A stretch of 63,361 bases of DNA, counting the filler, from Octopus bimaculoides (lineage: Eukaryota): NCBI RefSeq assembly GCF_001194135.2. It is 7 parts of 6 records of this genome, joined end to end, with 100 filler letters (N's around TTAATTAATTAA, not from the genome) between each part and the next. Parts side by side here need not be neighbours in the genome. Positions count along the whole stretch, not along the records: positions 1 to 8,402 come from NC_068996.1; positions 8,503 to 16,268 come from NC_068991.1; 5 more parts are not named here. One strand, written 5' to 3'. The notes beneath the pieces were generated by a model. It was not told the origin of the DNA, did no database searches, and saw only the letters and a program-made list of their open reading frames with translations. The number at the start of each line of letters is the position of its first letter. Position 1 is the stretch's first letter. Positions 1 through 12,535 of the stretch are shown one piece after another. Both the position numbers and the translations under genes were made by a program.

Positions 1-113
1 ATATATATATATATATATATATATATAGTCAATTCAGACATTAACAAGCACGAAAAAACAACAATGCGAGGACGTGCAATAAGTACAGTGTTATTGGACG
101 CTCAGGAAAGAGG

Positions 114-148
114 ATTTCACGTTTCGAGCGGAGCTCTTCATCAGAAAT
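114..148 (-). ncRNA. Minimal type-I hammerhead ribozyme fold (Penelope-associated type), cleavage triplet mutated
   Basis: The minus strand reads ATTT-CTGATGA-A-GAGC-TCC-GCTC-GAAAC-GTG-AAAT. It has the conserved CUGAUGA and GAAA cores, a 4-bp stem II, a palindromic ACGU stem III and a 4-bp stem I. Position 17 is G instead of H. Confidence 0.7.
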
Positions 149-249
149 ATAGAAAAAGTCCAAAGAAGGGATGACGGATATAGAAAATCGCTAACGATAC
201 TCACGCGCTCAAGAGAAGCAAATAAGTAACAAGAATGTCAAAATATTAA

Positions 250-336
250 TGCAATACGACCGTTTCAAACCACTCCATTTAATCGAACTATGCAAACATT
301 ACATCAGTTTGAAATGCAGCGCCTTCTTCAGTTGCA
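250..336 (-). ncRNA. Type-I hammerhead ribozyme-like fold with long stem-II insert
   Basis: The minus strand reads TGCAA-CTGAAGA-(about 58 nt)-GAAA-CGGTCG-TA-TTGCA. Stem I is a perfect 5 bp (TGCAA/TTGCA), stem III is quasi-palindromic (ACG-GT-CGT) and the triplet is GUA. Stem II is weak. Confidence 0.55.
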
Positions 337-679
337 AAATAAAAATTTTCAACAGTCAGGATATTGAATTATAAATTTTAGCTAATATTTCATAAGAGTT
401 AGAGAAATAAAGAATTCCATCCTGCTACTTATGAAGTCGAATAAACTTAAAAAGAAACAATTGAATCTTAATTACATATATATATTTAGCAGTATGAGCG
501 CAAGTAGTTTTAGGAATAAGCGAGCTGTAAGTTGATTAAGATGTTTATGACATGTATGAAATTCTAAAGTCAAATTCACTGCAGTTACTGTGAAGAAAAC
601 ATTCTCCCTTATGGTAAATGTAGAAAAAAACATATCCGCCCAGTGTTTCCTTTTATCGGATTCCCAGATAGGGCGTTTC

Positions 680-855
680 TAACTCTTAGGCCATTGTCAA
701 TGGCAAATACCCCAATACGCAACTGGTACTTAATTCATTGACTCCGAAAGGATGAAAGGCAAAGTCGACCTCGGAAAAATTTGAACTCAGAGCGCAAAGA
801 CAGACGAAATACCGCTAAGCATTTTGCCCGGCGTGCTAAAGTTTCTCGCCGCCTT
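680..855 (-). mobile_element. tRNA-derived SINE, family B
   Basis: Reverse complement of GGCGGCGAG...TTAGCACGCCGGGCAAAATGCTTAGCGGT...GAGTTCAAAT (A/B-box-like head) followed by GTCGACTTTGCCTTTCATCCTTTCG...AAGTACCAG. It recurs more than 12 times in the window. Octopus tRNA-SINEs OK/OR1/OR2 are known, but I did not assign an exact family name. Confidence 0.8.
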
Positions 856-999
856 AACATAGAAATAATTGCAAAAATGTAAGACTTGACGATGACGAGG
901 AAAAAGAAATAAGGAGGGACGCGTGGGAGAGAGGTTTAAAAAAAAATTTTTTTTTTAATAGAGAAGCGAATGAAACCAAAAAGCAATCATCGAGGTGCA

Positions 1000-1384
1000 T
1001 GCATGGCTATGTAGCTGAGAAGCTAGTTTCGCAGCCATGAGGTTTCCGGTTCAATACCACTGCACGGTACCTTGGGTAAAGTGTCTTATGATATTGCCCG
1101 AGATGTTTATTGCTTTGGGAGTGAGTTTGGTAGTTGGAAATTGTATCGAAGCCTGTCATATATGCGTGTGTGGGGGTGAGAGGGTGTTTTTTGTGTTTGT
1201 TCTTCACCAATGTTGTTTATGTCCCTGAAACTTAGCAATTCATCAATAGAGATCAATGACATAACATCAGATTTACAAAAACATAAATGATTAAGTCCTG
1301 GGGTTGATTTGTTTATCTAAAATCCATCAACGCGGAGCCCTGGCCTGGCCACAGTCCAGTATCTGAAAGAAGTAAAAGATAAAA
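1000..1384 (+). mobile_element. tRNA-derived SINE, family A (CORE-like, central microsatellite), diverged
   Basis: GGTTCAATACC B-box, CCTTGGGTAAAGTGTCTT core-like block, central (GT)n and AGTAAAAGATAAAA tail; same layout as the copies at 19813 and 60846. Confidence 0.7.
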
Positions 1385-2842
1385 TTTAATAGACGCGAAA
1401 ACAGAAGGCGACTCTTTTTAAGAGGAAAGAGAAGGAAAGAAATGGAGAAGTTTCTTCCAAGAAATTTAGTTTGTGAGTTTAAAAACGAAGTAGGAGTTGC
1501 GGGCTTAACGAATCCAACTGTTTGTAAGAATAAAAAGAGAGTAGAACTCTAGACAGCAACAGAGTACAAAAGAGAAATAAAGAAACAAAAAACTGCAGAT
1601 AGAAAATAAGAAACCCACTTATCCTGAAAGAATATAAAAAATGAAGCAAGGAAACTCCTAGATAAACTATATCATGTTGCAACTATTAAGTTTGGCTTGG
1701 AATCAAATCCTATGTGACGTAATACGTATGTATTTATGTAAGTAGATGTCTACGCGCTCTCATATACACAAATGCTCATGCACAGGCACTCTGCAAACGC
1801 TGATGTATATAAGTGAGTATATTATTTTCTACGTATATATTAATTTCCTGGTGCATCTTTTTCTGTTTATGTGTTTACGTGTATCGTATGAATATGCATT
1901 CATGTGTGTGTGTGTGTGGGGGGGGGGTTGTGTTTGTGTGTGTGTGTGTTCGGGTAATAAAAGTTCACAGGATGTAAAAACTGCAAGAATCAGTGGAGCA
2001 CTTGTGTATTTACAGAGGAAATGATGCTTTGACAATGTTATCGCATAACCCCAAAACGGATATTATCTCAGACACATAGACACATTCTGATATATTCTCA
2101 TATATATATATATNNNNNNNNNNNNNNNNNNNNNNNNNNNNNNNNNNNNNNNNNNNNNNNNNNNNNNNNNNNNNNNNNNNNNNNNNNNNNNNNNNNNNNN
2201 NNNNNNNNNNNNNNNNNNNNNNNNNNNNNNNNNNNNNNNNNNNNNNNNNNNNNNNNNNNNNNNNNNNNNNNNNNNNNNNNNNNNNNNNNNNNNNNNNNNN
2301 NNNNNNNNNNNNNNNNNNNNNNNNNNNNNNNNNNNNNNNNNNNNNNNNNNNNNNNNNNNNNNNNNNNNNNNNNNNNNNNNNNNNNNNNNNNNNNNNNNNN
2401 NNNNNNNNNNNNTATATATATATATATATATATATCCATATATACATACACACATACATATATATACACATACACACACATATATGCGAGTGAGTCGTCT
2501 TAGAGACCATAAGTCATGGAATATACATATTTATATATTCTCAAAACTTTTCAATGCATATATGTATGTGTGTCTATAAGTATGTATATAATTAAAGTTA
2601 GTCAGGTTCGTATACACGTATACACATATGTAAATTATTATGTAAAATACAAGTAAAATTCCTCCATATCACTTTCACGCACACACACATATTACATAAC
2701 AGAACCAATGGTTTCTACCTGGTAGCTTACTGGTAAAGCACGGTCACTTTTGCAGTATCTGGTTAATGAGTGACGGAAGATGGAAGATACGAATGTTTTT
2801 AATAATTACTACCATTGTTTCGACACATCTAGCATAGGGTTA

Positions 2843-2860
2843 GATAGCTAGCTAGCTAGC

Positions 2861-2904
<44 letters not shown>

Positions 2905-2916
2905 TAGATAGATAGA
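2843..2916. repeat. Compound (GCTA)n(GACA)n(GATA)n microsatellite
   Basis: Direct reading. Confidence 0.9.
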
Positions 2917-4184
2917 TTAACTCCAGGTTTTCATGGTGGTGATAGATAAGCTTAGAGACGAACATCGCTGTCATGGACGATAGAATCACATCTATGTATT
3001 TAATAAATTGTTCTGTTCGAATTTCCGAGAACGATATGGAACGTAAGATGCCCCTGAGACTATCGGTCGAAATCATGGTGAGATTCGCCCTGCCATCCAC
3101 CTTTAACAAGGCAAGCGGTGTTCATCTTTCTTGTAATATAAGGCGAAGGGTGTCGTGTGGTAGACGCGACTGAATGAGTTAAGGAAAGGACACTGCGAAT
3201 ATAATAAAGCGGGTTAGCATTATTACCAAATTTCATATTTCATAATACATGCATTTCTGTGTATGTGTGTGAGTGTATATTCCTCTATCTGTTGATTTAC
3301 ATTTCGACATATATGCATTTATATGTACGTATAAACTTTACACACACACACTTCCTCTCTCTCCCTTTCACATACACACACATAGAGCACATAAACACAC
3401 ACACACTCACATATACATATATATATACATGTACACGCACGCACATACATACATACAAGACATGCATGCTGACATGTGCATATACATATCCATTTATATG
3501 TGTGTGTGTGTTGCGTGTACATTTATCCATGCATTTATGTATGTGTGTATGTATGTGTGTATGTTTATGCATGCATGTATGTATGTATAGATGGATGGAT
3601 GGATGTTTGCACAAATATCAATTTCGTGAAATCCATTATCAAACCTAGGTTTTTAAAACTCCTTTTTTATGTTCAACATTTCAGTAATCCAACATTCCAA
3701 CATTCCAGCATTCCAGTATTTCAACATATTGATACTGCCAAAGAATGAATATATACAGTGATTTTCATTCGTACAATTTTTTCCCCCGTTAACACTGTTA
3801 TATATGAAGCATAAATCTGAAAGACTTCAAATTTTTATTCAGTGGTTAACAGAGTACAACATAGAGTCTTTCAATGCGAACTAAATAAGTCATATGTCTG
3901 ACGTGTCTATTAATACAGGAAGAATTTCCATTCTGAATAATGTATCGCAAATCATAGCGATTATAAATTTCTAGGAGCTGAAAATGGCTGCCTATATATA
4001 TATATATACATGTTCATATATTGCAGCCATATTGTAAAACGCATAGATCTACACCCAGAACCACAGTAGTAACTTAGTAGTGAAATTTAGGATTTCTCAG
4101 TTTTCTGTGAATCGATTTTAATAAAATATTTCCTAGCTGGTTTGCACACTATGGCAACACCATTGTTATGTGTATATATATATA

Positions 4185-4555
4185 TATTCTTTTATTCATT
4201 TATTCTTTTAATTGTTTCAGTCATTTGACTGCGGCAATGCTGGAGCACCACCTTTAGTCGAACAAAGTGACACCAGGACTTTTGCTTTCTAAGCTCAGTA
4301 CTTATTCTGTCGGTCGCTTTTGCGAAATCGTTGCAGGGACGTACACACACCAACATCGGTTGTCAAGCGATGGTGGGTGGGGGGGGACAAACACAGACAT
4401 ACAAACATATACTTTTATATATATATAAATATATACAACGGGCTTCCTTCAGTTTCCGTCTATCAAATCCACTAACAAGGTTTTCGTCGGCCCAAGGCTC
4501 CACGCAGTGGACTGAACCTGGAGCCACGTAGTTGGAAAGCAAGCTTCTTACCGCA
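4185..4555 (-). mobile_element. SINE family A
   Basis: Reverse complement of the family A head, core, microsatellite and tail (TTTCAGTCATTTGACTGCGGC...CAGTTTCCGTCTA...GCAAGCTTCTTACC). Confidence 0.8.
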
Positions 4556-5658
4556 CAATAAAACATCCATACAGATAGACGATACGAACAAAACAAGTGC
4601 AGGCCATTCGTGGCCTTCTCTCATCAGTCAAGTTTCTAGATTATCCTTACAGTCTCGGCCGGTTACACTTGTGACTGTTCAAATCTGACTGGCCCCAAAA
4701 ATCTAAGCTAAGAGCATGTAATATTTTGGGAGAAAGCAAGCGAATGTGTTGGACAACAAAGACAAAATAGAAAAAGAGAAAATGTTAATTACAGATACAA
4801 ACAACAAGAAAATAACAACAGACGTCTTTCGATTAATGGAGACGAATCAAGTTGAGCTGGCGTGTGCGGAGTGAAAGCCTTGAGGCAGGAACATAGATGA
4901 ACATCAGAGATGAAATTCAGACGACAGGAATATGAGGCGCCTGGTGTCTGGCAGTGAAGCCAAGAAAGAAAGAACATGCTTGGCCGAACACCGGTCACTT
5001 GGAGGGAAAGGAATGGGGTAGAGGCAGAGGGATTAAAGAATTAATATATATATATATATATATATATAAAGTATGTATGTATGTATGTATGGATGGATGG
5101 ATGGATGGATGGATGTATAGATGGATGGATGGATGGTTCGATGAATGGATCATTCGACTGATCGATATGGCATTCTGTGTGTCTTGCTTAACGTAGATAC
5201 AAGCACACGATTGCCAATGGATACTTGTTACTGATAACGCTGAAGAAATTAGAAATCTAGATATAACAATTCCACCACCGTTGCAGAAGCTTTCCATCTG
5301 TTACTGATATACTTCTGTGCTTTTGAGCACTATACGTTTGTACGGATGCTATCTTGTGGTGAATACTCCAGTTATTTATCTTTCTATAATATATTCACGT
5401 TAAGTAAGATATACCAAATTCTATTTTGAACTTATTCTCCTTCCCTCGCTGGTAAGGAATATATATATACACATAAGGAATATATATACACACATAAAAA
5501 CACATTTAAATTTGTGTTATAAGCAGCTCAATAACGTAAGTTTTATTAACATTGCATATATAATGTATGCATGTTCCTAAACGCATATAGCTACGGTATT
5601 AATAACACATACATTAAAAATATGGTTTGATAATGTAGGTAGGCAGGTAGATAGGTAG

Positions 5659-5689
<31 letters not shown>

Positions 5690-6199
5690 GATAGATAGAC
5701 AGACAACATGCATAGATACACACATACATACTACATACATAAATACTTATGTAAACATATATATCGTAATGGAGTTATATTTCTTGTTTCTTTTTTTATT
5801 TTCCACATAAAACAAGAACTTGAAATGAACCTTACTGTTTCCTTTGAACCGAAATGTATAATTTGCTTATTTTACACTCTCTTGACTTTGTGAGCTGTAA
5901 ACTCTCAGAATTTCTCTTTACCACTTTACCAACTCCCCATAAAGACTTACATCTGATTTTTTTTATGCTGCTAAAACTTTGTTCATGGTAACAATCTCAA
6001 TAAGATCTTTTTAGGTTTCTCTTGATACACCGAGGAACCAACACCTATGACAAAAAACATGCATTTAACCTATTAACTTTAGTGTCGGAAATGAATCCAT
6101 ATATATTTCTTACATTTAGATATCTTTCATCTTTTGATTGGTTCAGTCATTGAAGTGTGGCCTTGCTGGGGCAGCACCTCGGAGATTTATTATTATTAA

Positions 6200-6400
6200 C
6201 AATTGTTAGCACGCCGGGCATAATACTTAGCGGCATTTCGTCCCTCTTTATGGTCCAATTTCAAATTCTACCGCAGTCGACTTTGCTTTTATCCTTTCGT
6301 GGTCGATAAATTAAGTACTAGTGAAGCATTGGTGTTGATCTAATCGACTAGCCCCCTCACCTAAATTTCAGGCCTTCTACTTTCAGTAGAAAGGATTATT
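6200..6400 (+). mobile_element. SINE family B
   Basis: TTAGCACGCCGGGC...GTCGACTTTGCTTTTATCCTTTCG...GTCGATAAATTAAGTAC. Confidence 0.75.
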
Positions 6401-6404
6401 ATCA

Positions 6405-7091
6405 TTTTTAGTTTGGTTTCGCTCAGGTTCGGCCTTATTCATGGTAGAATTTATGTGGATAGCGGGTAACCTTAGGTATCCACAAGTTTTCAGCTGTCTT
6501 TCATGTACTTAGAACCCTCCTCAATCCTTGTTGTCCCTAAAAGACAAACATTCTGTAGGAGCTCTACCGGTCATTCTATTTCAGTTTCCTTCAGCCATTT
6601 GTCTATATCTTGGCCTACTCTTCTCAACGCACCAATTACTATAGGCACGACCTTTACTGTTCGTATGCTCCAAATTCTTCTTATTTCAAGTTTTGTGGGA
6701 TTGTTTTTTTGTTTTTTTTTTGTTTTTCGTTCACTTTCTTTATGATCCTGGAATCAAACGGACATGATGTATGAATTAGTAAGAAACTTCGCTTTTCCTT
6801 ATCTATAATCGTAATGTCAGGTCTTTTATTTTCTAACTTCTTGTCCGTTTGTAGAAGAAAGTCCCACAAAATCTTACATTTCTCTGACTCCAGTACTCTT
6901 CCGACTCCATGATTGTACCATGTGTTTCCAGCTTCAAATCCCCATTTCTGGCACAGTTTCCAGCGTAAAACTCTTATAGCCTGGTTGTGCCTCCATTTCT
7001 TATATTCTTCCTGTGCCAACTTGGGGCAGTCACTCACAATGTGTGAAACTGTCTCGTTCCATGATCCGCTGACTCTACCTTTTTCAGACAT
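6405..7091 (-). mobile_element. R4/Dong-clade non-LTR retrotransposon, 3' fragment (REL endonuclease)
   Basis: ORF 6681-7091 contains ETVSHIVSDC (CCHC knuckle end), RHN, ILWDF and RPDITIIDK (PD-D/ExK). It continues frameshifted to PVELLQNVCLLGTTRI plus a 3' UTR. Confidence 0.85.
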
Positions 7092-7171
7092 ATTCTCTCC
7101 ATATATATTTTTCTCTCAAATTGTTTGTTTTTATCACTTCATCTTGGGCTGCTACAATTTGTTTCATTTTA

Positions 7172-7174
<3 letters not shown>

Positions 7175-7252
<78 letters not shown>

Positions 7253-7274
7253 TGTGTGCGTGCGTGCGTGTGTG
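7175..7274. repeat. (GT)n/(GCGT)n microsatellite
   Basis: Direct reading. Confidence 0.9.
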
Positions 7275-8371
7275 TTTCTCTTCTGCTTTTTATTATTTAA
7301 ATTCTTCAGGTTTCTAACAAGATACAAAGTTCCATGCTTGCATTGTAAGTAATGGAAACTACGTTACTTTTCAAACTTAAGAAAAGTCTTGAATATTTTT
7401 ACTGTTCCACTTACAGATTGTATTTTTAATATACAAGTTATTTGGTTGATCACACATTCTGAAAACCCTAGCTTATCCAGACTGTCGGTTAAATGCCTCA
7501 ATTATTATTCGTATGTATGCATACATGTAATGTATGTATGTATGTATGTATGTATGTATGTATGTATGTGCGTGTGTATATATATGTTGATATGCGTGTA
7601 TGATGATTTACGAGTGTTCATTTATGCGTGTGGGTTTTCTTTACGTGAAGTGTCTCGTTAAGCAAACTTCCGCGCACGGTGCCTAAATCCACAGGAGTAA
7701 TTTCTATAGCAACCAATAAATACACGCTAATAAACACCTCGGAAATGGAACTGAATATAATTAGTAACTGCATTTTAGGCGGCATTAATCGAAAATTACA
7801 TGCGCAATGTAAATTAGGAGTGCTAATTGTAAATTTGGAGTGTAGTTCAATGTAAATGCATTGTTGCCGTAAACAAATGTTTCCACGACATTGAAAATAA
7901 CGTCAAGAGTAAATTCTTCTAAATTTATGCAGGCGATGGGCATTTAACAATATAGAAATTCTTCCTTGTGAAAGCCCTTGACTTCCGGCAGTGATCTGGC
8001 AAGGCTAGCGACCTCAAAGATTAATAGTCATGTTATAAATGATTTCACAAGATGAGGAGAGGAAATTTATTACACGACGGGTATATGGAAATTTCTGACG
8101 ATGCGGAAGTGATTGTTGCTTGAATGTACAAATAATTAAGTTATTTGAAAGAATTGAAGCAAAGGAATGAATTTTCCTAGATTTTAAAAGGCTAGATTGG
8201 CTTTTCCACGGAGAAATTGCGATGTGCCTACGCATAACACATCCACACACATACATGCATACATACATACATACATACATACATACATACATACATACAT
8301 ACATACATACATACATGTGTATAATACATATATATATATACAAGCATATATACATATATACATATACTTAT

Positions 8372-8402
<31 letters not shown>

Positions 8403-8502
8403 NNNNNNNNNNNNNNNNNNNNNNNNNNNNNNNNNNNNNNNNNNNNTTAATTAATTAANNNNNNNNNNNNNNNNNNNNNNNNNNNNNNNNNNNNNNNNNN
8501 NN

Positions 8503-8539
<37 letters not shown>

Positions 8540-8557
8540 GGAGAGAGGGAGATATAT

Positions 8558-8846
8558 GTGGAGCGCAATGGCCCAGTGGTTAGGGCAGCAGACTTGCGGT
8601 CATAGAATCGCAGTTTCGATTCCCATTCCGGGTGTTGTGAGTATTTATTGAGCGAAAACACATAAAGATCCACGAGGCTCCGACAGGAGGTGGTGGCGAA
8701 CCCTGCTGTATTCTTTCACCACAACTCTCTCTCACTCTTTCTTCCTGTTTCTTTTGTACCTGTATTTTCAAAGGGGCCTGCCTTGTCACACTCTGTGTGA
8801 CGCTGAATCTTCCCCGAGAACTACGTTAAGGGTACACGTGTCTGTG
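8558..8846 (+). mobile_element. tRNA-derived SINE, family C (RTE-like tail)
   Basis: Head GTGGAGCGCAATGGCCCAGTGGTTAGGGCAGC...GTTTCGATTCCC with A and B boxes. The body ends GAGAACTACGTTAAGGGTACACGTGTCTGTG; the related tail is reversed at 21715-21860. Confidence 0.75.
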
Positions 8847-8945
8847 TATTAACATGTAAATTAACATGTAAGTGGCTGAGCATTCCACAGACACGTGTAC
8901 CCTTAACGTAGTTCTCGGGAAGATCCAGCGTGACACAAAGTGTGA
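8786..8945. repeat. Inverted repeat (61/60-bp arms, 39-bp spacer) from the SINE-C 3' part
   Basis: Arms 8786-8846 and 8886-8945 are reverse complements with 3 mismatches and 1 indel. Confidence 0.9.
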
Positions 8946-9318
8946 GAAGTTCTACCATTATGGTTTTGTGAGAATATAGAATATACGATAATATCTCTAT
9001 ATTCGATTGCTTATCAAGCTGTCTCTCTATCTTGCTTCTTTATCTATCTCTGTCTGTCTGTCTCTCCCTACCTGTGTGTGTCCCTTTTTATCACTCTTTT
9101 ATTTCTCTCTCTCTCAACCTTTCTCTCGTTCTCTCTCTCATTCTTTCTCCCTCTCTCCCCTTTACAGGTGAACATACCCATCGAAATGTATAGGCTACGT
9201 TTCAGTGACATATTTCTAAAATTATAAACCCTTCAACGAGCCCCCCGAGTTCAAATCCTGCCTCAGCAAAATAAATCAATAACTGAGCTTGAGGTTATTG
9301 ACTCCCTCTGTGTGTGTA

Positions 9319-9363
<45 letters not shown>

Positions 9364-11764
9364 CAGAAGGTTTCACCGGAGCATTCAAAATTTTTTGTTT
9401 GCACCGGAACTCTCCTAAGTGAACAGTGGCCATTTTGTTTTTGTATATATTTTCTTTGTTTGTTCTTTTAGATCTGTTTACATTTTGTTTCACTTGTTTT
9501 ATTATGTGTTCTCTTCATTTACATCAAGTCTAGTTTATAAAACATTTATGACATAACCGAAATAAAGCCAGGCCTCTTCAAAATAGTTGTATATCCAGTG
9601 TAATATTTCGATTACATTACGGTAATATATTAAATAAAACTGTTGCACTGAAGTGATATTACAACAGACTGTGATATTGAGTTCGTCCAAGCGGAATCTT
9701 GTTAAGCTATTTCAGCCTCTTCTCAATGATGTAAGCGACAACTCTTTTATGTAGTTATTCAATTTGTTGGTTTCAGGTAAAAAGAAGAAACAGAATAAAA
9801 TACAAATGTTTTCAAAACTCATGAAAGCTGATGGACATTAAGTTCTTCTGATTTTATAGAATTAATTTGAATAGGGATACAACTTTTCCTGGATAGGATA
9901 ACACACTATCACAGATTAACATTCCCAAATGACAGGATACATATTGCCGACGTCTAAATGAACTGGAATTAAGTCGTATTGCCTAAATGCACAGAAAGAT
10001 GTCTGCTGTACCATATTCTTGTCGTCGTTGCTGTTGTTGTTGTTGTTTTGCTCAGGTCAGTCGGGAGTGAGCAGATTTATGATCAATGACAATCCGTTCC
10101 TAATCATCCTGTATTTTATTTTTCTGATTTACTCTATCAAGGACTATATTAGCCAGTGTCCCTCCCCAATTTTTAAAGATTTCGGTTGCAATATGAGAAA
10201 GATTTAACTGTTATTTCTTGCAAGTTGAGTGAACCTGGAACGGCTTCTCAGTTCGCTCGGATCGAGCCTACAGAAGCCTGCTTGTGCCTATAGACTGGAA
10301 CCAACTGTCTGAGATTTGGTTGTCAGATTATCTTCTCATTCTGCCATTTTGCCTCTAAAGACTATCAAGGGATTTCTGCCAAAGTGTAGAAATATCCTCA
10401 GATCCTATAAAATTTTAAAGATTATGTTAAATGCTTGAATGTTAAGAGTTTTTTGCTAACTTTTTAAAGGCCCTCAAAGACATATCCCAATGAAAGTTTC
10501 TATTGTTAAAGGAAAAGAGCGTCAATGTTCCTCCAAGAAGAAGTCCGTCTAGATGTTGAGTAAGCATAGGTAAGCATAAATAGGACTCGGTCGACAAGAA
10601 ACCTGGACAAGGTGGGTCAACATAGAGCAGCGGGACATCACTTACTCCGATCTCAGGTAGGATGGCATCCAGCTCATCAGCTTCCTCATCCAGATAGCTT
10701 ATCGTATCCGATAAGCTTTCGCACATAAGAGAGGAGTAAAGTGACCGACAATCACCCTCTTCACCAAGCAAGCTTGTTAGGGTCACCAGTTTAGTTGCCG
10801 ACGATTCAACTATGTGACAAGTTGTACTGGGTTACATGTTACCAGTGGCGCTCAAGAGCGACCTGACCAGAGGTTTCGAACTATTAGCTGGAAGAATCAT
10901 GAATGTATCGGATAAATTGCTTTGAAGGGAGCAGGCTTAGTCAATTACATCGACTTCTGCCTAATTTAGAAATATTTAGTAATACTGATATTGCATATGT
11001 AATATCTGGAAAAAAACGGGATTGTCATTTCTGGAATGCTTTTGATAAGAGGTTTCTACGATCAAAAGCAGAATTGGAGAAGTTAACATCCACAGTAATA
11101 ACGATAACAACAACAACCAACGGATCATGAAGACACCAACATTTTGTAATCAACAGCAGGAACATCCTACACATCACGAACTAACAAACACCTATTACAT
11201 CATCTGTCACTGTGCTAGAAATAGCAGTCAAATCGGCGACTTAAGAAAAGCAGGGAGCACACGTTAGATAATATGGCTGTAGATAGAATTCGTGAACCAG
11301 AGAAAGAATTTTAAATACTACTGAATATATATTTCTCTTTGATCTTAGATAAACTTTGATCAGGGCTCACGTGGGACTAGATAACAATAATAACAACAAT
11401 AACAGCAACAAGTAACAATGGCTAAGCACGATGGCAAGCATGATGGCAAGCACGATGGACACCGCGTACCAGTCGCCATTACATGAAGAAACGGCACCGA
11501 AAAATAATGAACGACAAAAGCAACAGCAACAACTACTACATGCCGTAGTAAGGCTACCACCACTACCACCACCACCACCACCACTACCACCACATCAACA
11601 AGAGCAACGACTGTTGCTACTACTACCACTACCACCACCATTACCACCACCACAACGACCATTACTAAGTGTAGTACGGCTGCCGACACACTCCACCATC
11701 AACACATGGCATACACACACATACACAAACACACATAATAACAGTTACACCACACACACACACA

Positions 11765-11808
<44 letters not shown>

Positions 11809-11963
11809 AACACAACCGCCATCAACACCACGATACACTTACCATAAACCAATACATCATTCCCAAATCCTAAAGTGATCATACGTGAACAATTTTCGGC
11901 TGCTGATACGAGAGAAGAAGGCAAATTTTATGACCGAATTTGTGATAGTTCTTACCATCATAT

Positions 11964-12001
<38 letters not shown>

Positions 12002-12399
12002 ATGGTGATGGTGATGGTGATGGTTACATATGCACAGTAACGTGTCGTATGTCATTTTTACATCAAAGGAACTTGTTACTTGCTCTTGTGAGATGCAGGT
12101 ACATAGCGGGACATATAGACATTCATTTACACCCATATATATGATATATAATACATAAAATATGATAGAATATAATGTAATATTATATAGAATAATATGA
12201 AATATATAATGCAATATATATGTGTGTGTGGGGGTGTGTATATACACTTGCACACACAAACATACACACACGCACAAACACACACACATACACGCACACA
12301 CATATATATTATATATATATATATATAAATATATATATGTATATATGTATGTACACACACACATACACAAACACACGCACACATACGGACACATATCTA

Positions 12400-12535
12400 T
12401 TGGCGCAGGCGTGGCTGGTTGGTGAGAAGCTTACTTCTCAACCACATGGTTCCAGGTTCAGTCTCACCTTGACGCCTTAGGAAAGTGTCTTCCACTATAG
12501 GTTTGAACCGGTACAGAGCCTTGTAAGTGGATATT
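12400..12535 (+). mobile_element. SINE family A, 5' half
   Basis: GGCGCAGGCGTGGCTG...AACCACATGGTTCCAGGTTCAGTC...GTGTCTTCCACTATAG. Confidence 0.75.

Noticed and set aside
4600-4660. CTGATGA followed by GAA on the minus strand
   Set aside because: The GAAA core is broken and there are no convincing stems I or III.
5197-5310. Acceptor-like TAG followed by IQAHDCQWILVTDNAEEIRNLDITIPPPLQKLSICY*
   Set aside because: There is no usable donor before the stop, the acceptor is weak and no family was recognised.
8447-8458. TTAATTAATTAA flanked by 44 N on each side, repeated at 16313, 23271, 42858, 51926 and 62055
   Set aside because: The identical 44+12+44 = 100-bp layout at six gaps is an assembly gap or join marker, not biology.
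11360-12144. Pro/Gln/His/Thr-rich ORFs (11431-11847 and neighbours)
   Set aside because: They are translations of (ACC)n, (CAA)n, (CA)n and (TAG)n microsatellites, with no splice or domain support.
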